NCBI GenBank assembly: GCA_000004985.1 | Contig: GG738900.1 | DNA: 64,000 nucleotides | Source: Naegleria gruberi | Lineage: Eukaryota | Direction: 5' to 3' (one strand) | Shown: positions 37,301-43,300 of the stretch, in pieces | How the letters are laid out: the number at the start of each line of letters is the position of its first letter | Numbering within the stretch: position 1 is the stretch's first letter | Position numbers and translations under genes: made by a program | Notes under the pieces: model-generated | Seen by the model: the letters and a program-made list of their open reading frames with translations, nothing else | Told to the model about the DNA's origin: nothing | Database searches by the model: none

Positions 37301-40300
37301 NNNNNNNNNNNNNNNNNNNNNNNNNNNNNNNNNNNNNNNNNNNNNNNNNNNNNNNNNNNNNNNNNNNNNNNNNNNNNNNNNNNNNNNNNNNNNNNNNNNN
37401 NNNNNNNNNNNNNNNNNNNNNNNNNNNNNNNNNNNNNNNNNNNNNNNNNNNNNNNNNNNNNNNNNNNNNNNNNNNNNNNNNNNNNNNNNNNNNNNNNNNN
37501 NNNNNNNNNNNNNNNNNNNNNNNNNNNNNNNNNNNNNNNNNNNNNNNNNNNNNNNNNNNNNNNNNNNNNNNNNNNNNNNNNNNNNNNNNNNNNNNNNNNN
37601 NNNNNNNNNNNNNNNNNNNNNNNNNNNNNNNNNNNNNNNNNNNNNNNNNNNNNNNNNNNNNNNNNNNNNNNNNNNNNNNNNNNNNNNNNNNNNNNNNNNN
37701 NNNNNNNNNNNNNNNNNNNNNNNNNNNNNNNNNNNNNNNNNNNNNNNNNNNNNNNNNNNNNNNNNNNNNNNNNNNNNNNNNNNNNNNNNNNNNNNNNNNN
37801 NNNNNNNNNNNNNNNNNNNNNNNNNNNNNNNNNNNNNNNNNNNNNNNNNNNNNNNNNNNNNNNNNNNNNNNNNNNNNNNNNNNNNNNNNNNNNNNNNNNN
37901 NNNNNNNNNNNNNNNNNNNNNNNNNNNNNNNNNNNNNNNNNNNNNNNNNNNNNNNNNNNNNNNNNNNNNNNNNNNNNNNNNNNNNNNNNNNNNNNNNNNN
38001 NNNNNNNNNNNNNNNNNNNNNNNNNNNNNNNNNNNNNNNNNNNNNNNNNNNNNNNNNNNNNNNNNNNNNNNNNNNNNNNNNNNNNNNNNNNNNNNNNNNN
38101 NNNNNNNNNNNNNNNNNNNNNNNNNNNNNNNNNNNNNNNNNNNNNNNNNNNNNNNNNNNNNNNNNNNNNNNNNNNNNNNNNNNNNNNNNNNNNNNNNNNN
38201 NNNNNNNNNNNNNNNNNNNNNNNNNNNNNNNNNNNNNNNNNNNNNNNNNNNNNNNNNNNNNNNNNNNNNNNNNNNNNNNNNNNNNNNNNNNNNNNNNNNN
38301 NNNNNNNNNNNNNNNNNNNNNNNNNNNNNNNNNNNNNNNNNNNNNNNNNNNNNNNNNNNNNNNNNNNNNNNNNNNNNNNNNNNNNNNNNNNNNNNNNNNN
38401 NNNNNNNNNNNNNNNNNNNNNNNNNNNNNNNNNNNNNNNNNNNNNNNNNNNNNNNNNNNNNNNNNNNNNNNNNNNNNNNNNNNNNNNNNNNNNNNNNNNN
38501 NNNNNNNNNNNNNNNNNNNNNNNNNNNNNNNNNNNNNNNNNNNNNNNNNNNNNNNNNNNNNNNNNNNNNNNNNNNNNNNNNNNNNNNNNNNNNNNNNNNN
38601 NNNNNNNNNNNNNNNNNNNNNNNNNNNNNNNNNNNNNNNNNNNNNNNNNNNNNNNNNNNNNNNNNNNNNNNNNNNNNNNNNNNNNNNNNNNNNNNNNNNN
38701 NNNNNNNNNNNNNNNNNNNNNNNNNNNNNNNNNNNNNNNNNNNNNNNNNNNNNNNNNNNNNNNNNNNNNNNNNNNNNNNNNNNNNNNNNNNNNNNNNNNN
38801 NNNNNNNNNNNNNNNNNNNNNNNNNNNNNNNNNNNNNNNNNNNNNNNNNNNNNNNNNNNNNNNNNNNNNNNNNNNNNNNNNNNNNNNNNNNNNNNNNNNN
38901 NNNNNNNNNNNNNNNNNNNNNNNNNNNNNNNNNNNNNNNNNNNNNNNNNNNNNNNNNNNNNNNNNNNNNNNNNNNNNNNNNNNNNNNNNNNNNNNNNNNN
39001 NNNNNNNNNNNNNNNNNNNNNNNNNNNNNNNNNNNNNNNNNNNNNNNNNNNNNNNNNNNNNNNNNNNNNNNNNNNNNNNNNNNNNNNNNNNNNNNNNNNN
39101 NNNNNNNNNNNNNNNNNNNNNNNNNNNNNNNNNNNNNNNNNNNNNNNNNNNNNNNNNNNNNNNNNNNNNNNNNNNNNNNNNNNNNNNNNNNNNNNNNNNN
39201 NNNNNNNNNNNNNNNNNNNNNNNNNNNNNNNNNNNNNNNNNNNNNNNNNNNNNNNNNNNNNNNNNNNNNNNNNNNNNNNNNNNNNNNNNNNNNNNNNNNN
39301 NNNNNNNNNNNNNNNNNNNNNNNNNNNNNNNNNNNNNNNNNNNNNNNNNNNNNNNNNNNNNNNNNNNNNNNNNNNNNNNNNNNNNNNNNNNNNNNNNNNN
39401 NNNNNNNNNNNNNNNNNNNNNNNNNNNNNNNNNNNNNNNNNNNNNNNNNNNNNNNNNNNNNNNNNNNNNNNNNNNNNNNNNNNNNNNNNNNNNNNNNNNN
39501 NNNNNNNNNNNNNNNNNNNNNNNNNNNNNNNNNNNNNNNNNNNNNNNNNNNNNNNNNNNNNNNNNNNNNNNNNNNNNNNNNNNNNNNNNNNNNNNNNNNN
39601 NNNNNNNNNNNNNNNNNNNNNNNNNNNNNNNNNNNNNNNNNNNNNNNNNNNNNNNNNNNNNNNNNNNNNNNNNNNNNNNNNNNNNNNNNNNNNNNNNNNN
39701 NNNNNNNNNNNNNNNNNNNNNNNNNNNNNNNNNNNNNNNNNNNNNNNNNNNNNNNNNNNNNNNNNNNNNNNNNNNNNNNNNNNNNNNNNNNNNNNNNNNN
39801 NNNNNNNNNNNNNNNNNNNNNNNNNNNNNNNNNNNNNNNNNNNNNNNNNNNNNNNNNNNNNNNNNNNNNNNNNNNNNNNNNNNNNNNNNNNNNNNNNNNN
39901 NNNNNNNNNNNNNNNNNNNNNNNNNNNNNNNNNNNNNNNNNNNNNNNNNNNNNNNNNNNNNNNNNNNNNNNNNNNNNNNNNNNNNNNNNNNNNNNNNNNN
40001 NNNNNNNNNNNNNNNNNNNNNNNNNNNNNNNNNNNNNNNNNNNNNNNNNNNNNNNNNNNNNNNNNNNNNNNNNNNNNNNNNNNNNNNNNNNNNNNNNNNN
40101 NNNNNNNNNNNNNNNNNNNNNNNNNNNNNNNNNNNNNNNNNNNNNNNNNNNNNNNNNNNNNNNNNNNNNNNNNNNNNNNNNNNNNNNNNNNNNNNNNNNN
40201 NNNNNNNNNNNNNNNNNNNNNNNNNNNNNNNNNNNNNNNNNNNNNNNNNNNNNNNNNNNNNNNNNNNNNNNNNNNNNNNNNNNNNNNNNNNNNNNNNNNN

Positions 40301-43300
40301 NNNNNNNNNNNNNNNNNNNNNNNNNNNNNNNNNNNNNNNNNNNNNNNNNNNNNNNNNNNNNNNNNNNNNNNNNNNNNNNNNNNNNNNNNNNNNNNNNNNN
40401 NNNNNNNNNNNNNNNNNNNNNNNNNNNNNNNNNNNNNNNNNNNNNNNNNNNNNNNNNNNNNNNNNNNNNNNNNNNNNNNNNNNNNNNNNNNNNNNNNNNN
40501 NNNNNNNNNNNNNNNNNNNNNNNNNNNNNNNNNNNNNNNNNNNNNNNNNNNNNNNNNNNNNNNNNNNNNNNNNNNNNNNNNNNNNNNNNNNNNNNNNNNN
40601 NNNNNNNNNNNNNNNNNNNNNNNNNNNNNNNNNNNNNNNNNNNNNNNNNNNNNNNNNNNNNNNNNNNNNNNNNNNNNNNNNNNNNNNNNNNNNNNNNNNN
40701 NNNNNNNNNNNNNNNNNNNNNNNNNNNNNNNNNNNNNNNNNNNNNNNNNNNNNNNNNNNNNNNNNNNNNNNNNNNNNNNNNNNNNNNNNNNNNNNNNNNN
40801 NNNNNNNNNNNNNNNNNNNNNNNNNNNNNNNNNNNNNNNNNNNNNNNNNNNNNNNNNNNNNNNNNNNNNNNNNNNNNNNNNNNNNNNNNNNNNNNNNNNN
40901 NNNNNNNNNNNNNNNNNNNNNNNNNNNNNNNNNNNNNNNNNNNNNNNNNNNNNNNNNNNNNNNNNNNNNNNNNNNNNNNNNNNNNNNNNNNNNNNNNNNN
41001 NNNNNNNNNNNNNNNNNNNNNNNNNNNNNNNNNNNNNNNNNNNNNNNNNNNNNNNNNNNNNNNNNNNNNNNNNNNNNNNNNNNNNNNNNNNNNNNNNNNN
41101 NNNNNNNNNNNNNNNNNNNNNNNNNNNNNNNNNNNNNNNNNNNNNNNNNNNNNNNNNNNNNNNNNNNNNNNNNNNNNNNNNNNNNNNNNNNNNNNNNNNN
41201 NNNNNNNNNNNNNNNNNNNNNNNNNNNNNNNNNNNCACCATAATAGTTTTCGGTACAATTACAAAGATCTGGACGGTAACAAATACCACGTCTATCCTTA
41301 GTACATACGCCAGTAAGTCCATTACAGATTGGAATTTCACAGTTAAAGCCTCCATATCCAAATGTACTATTACATGTGCAGTTATTATAAAAATCACAAG
41401 AACCACGTCCACTACAGACATCTGGAGAGTTGTATTCAATATCGGCGCAAGTTGTCCATTCACACCAAGTTCCATTATAATTAGGATAACAGCTACATGT
41501 ATCCTTTGCAATACAAGCGCCATGACCATTGCTACAAACTGATGATTCAGTACCTAGAGTACCGTTACACATGGCAATAGAACAATCTTGGCCGTATTGA
41601 TCTGGTAAACACAAGCAAGTATTGTTACCTATACAGTAACCATTATTTGAGCATCCATCTTCAACAATTGATTTGGAATTGAAACAGAATGTAAGTAAAC
41701 ATTGCTCATTAATGTATGGTTCGTATCCGTTGAATGTGATTGGAGGAGTGAATGTTACATCGAATAATAGCATCTGTGTACCACCCATAAACCATAAAGC
41801 GCCCTGAATAGTATCATAAATTTCAATTTGATGGTATGGAGCCATTCCTACCACTGTACCGTGAACATTTCCAGAGAAAAAATTACCATTTCTACCATAG
41901 TCCCAAGTCAACCAAAAGACATTTCTATAGGAGGCACATAACAGATAGTAAAAAACGGCATTATAATAATTGACGTATGGAGCCTTAAAAACAACAGGCT
42001 CAAGACCATGGATAATAAAAATATGATCCTTAATTGTGATACCATTAGGGAAACAATACACACCACCATGCTTGATAACAGTAATATTCTGTAATTCATC
42101 TTGACTATTAATGGTATGTGTACAATCCATGTACAATAATTCCATGGATTTCTTTTCCATTTCTTGAATAATCAACTCTGTCATCGGATCATTTTGAGGT
42201 TTTGAAATGACAACATCATTTCCACTTGGTTCGTACATGACTGGAGTTGTTGGTGAGTAGGCATGAGAAACCTGAATGTCAGGTAAGGCGAAACTTGCCT
42301 GTAATTCCTTTTTAGAGTTTCTGGCAATCATAATAGGTTTGGAACTGATAAGTTTGTAGCCAGCAAATATATCTACAGCACAAGCCTCACCAATGAAACC
42401 AGTTTGGCAAGTACAATTGTTGTATGAAATACAAGTACCGTGTCCAGAACAAACTAAAGGAGAATTAGAATCATCACTGAAACATTGTGTCAATTCACAA
42501 TTAGAGCCAAAATAATTATCTACACAAGAGCAAGAGTCAGGAGCAGTACAGTTACCTAGTGAGGTACAAACAGAAGCATTAGAGAAATGCACACCAGAAC
42601 AATTCCAATGTTGGCACTTATCACCATAATATCCATACAGACAATTACAGTTATCAGAACCAATACAGTCACCGTTACCAGAGCAAACAGTTGAATCGTT
42701 TGATCCTATACCATAACACCAATGAACGGTGAAAATCTCTTCATCACAATTGTTACCAGAGTATCCATCAGTGCACAAGCATTTGTCTAAGGCTGTGCAA
42801 TTTCCTTGGCCATTACATACCAGTGAGGAGTTTGACAATACACCAAAGCATTGAGTAACTTGGCAATCATTTCCAAAATAATTGGAACTACATTGACAAT
42901 TATTTAAATCTACACAAGCGCCATTACCAGAGCAAACAGTTGAATCGTTTGATCCTATACCATAACACCAATGAACGGTGAAAATCTCTTCATCACAATT
43001 GTTACCAGAGTATCCATCAGTGCACGAGCATTTATCTAAGGCTGTGCAATTTCCTTGGCCATTACATACCAGTGAGGAGTTTGACAATACACCAAAGCAT
43101 TGGGTAACTTGGCAATCATTTCCAAAATAATTGGAACTACATTGGCAATTATTTAAATCTACACAAGCGCCATTACCAGAGCAAACAGTTGAATCGTTTG
43201 ATCCTATACCATAACACCAATGAACGGTGAAAATCTCTTCATCACAATTGTTACCAGAGTATCCATCAGTGCACAAGCATTTGTCTAAGGCTGTGCAATT

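Noticed and set aside
36223-41529. Long ORFs of 1,768 and 1,666 aa reported through the N run (36223..41529 and 36258..41258, minus strand).
   Set aside because: These are artefacts of translating the 4,945-nt assembly gap as X in alternative frames. Only the frame continuous with the flanking EGF-coding sequence is meaningful.
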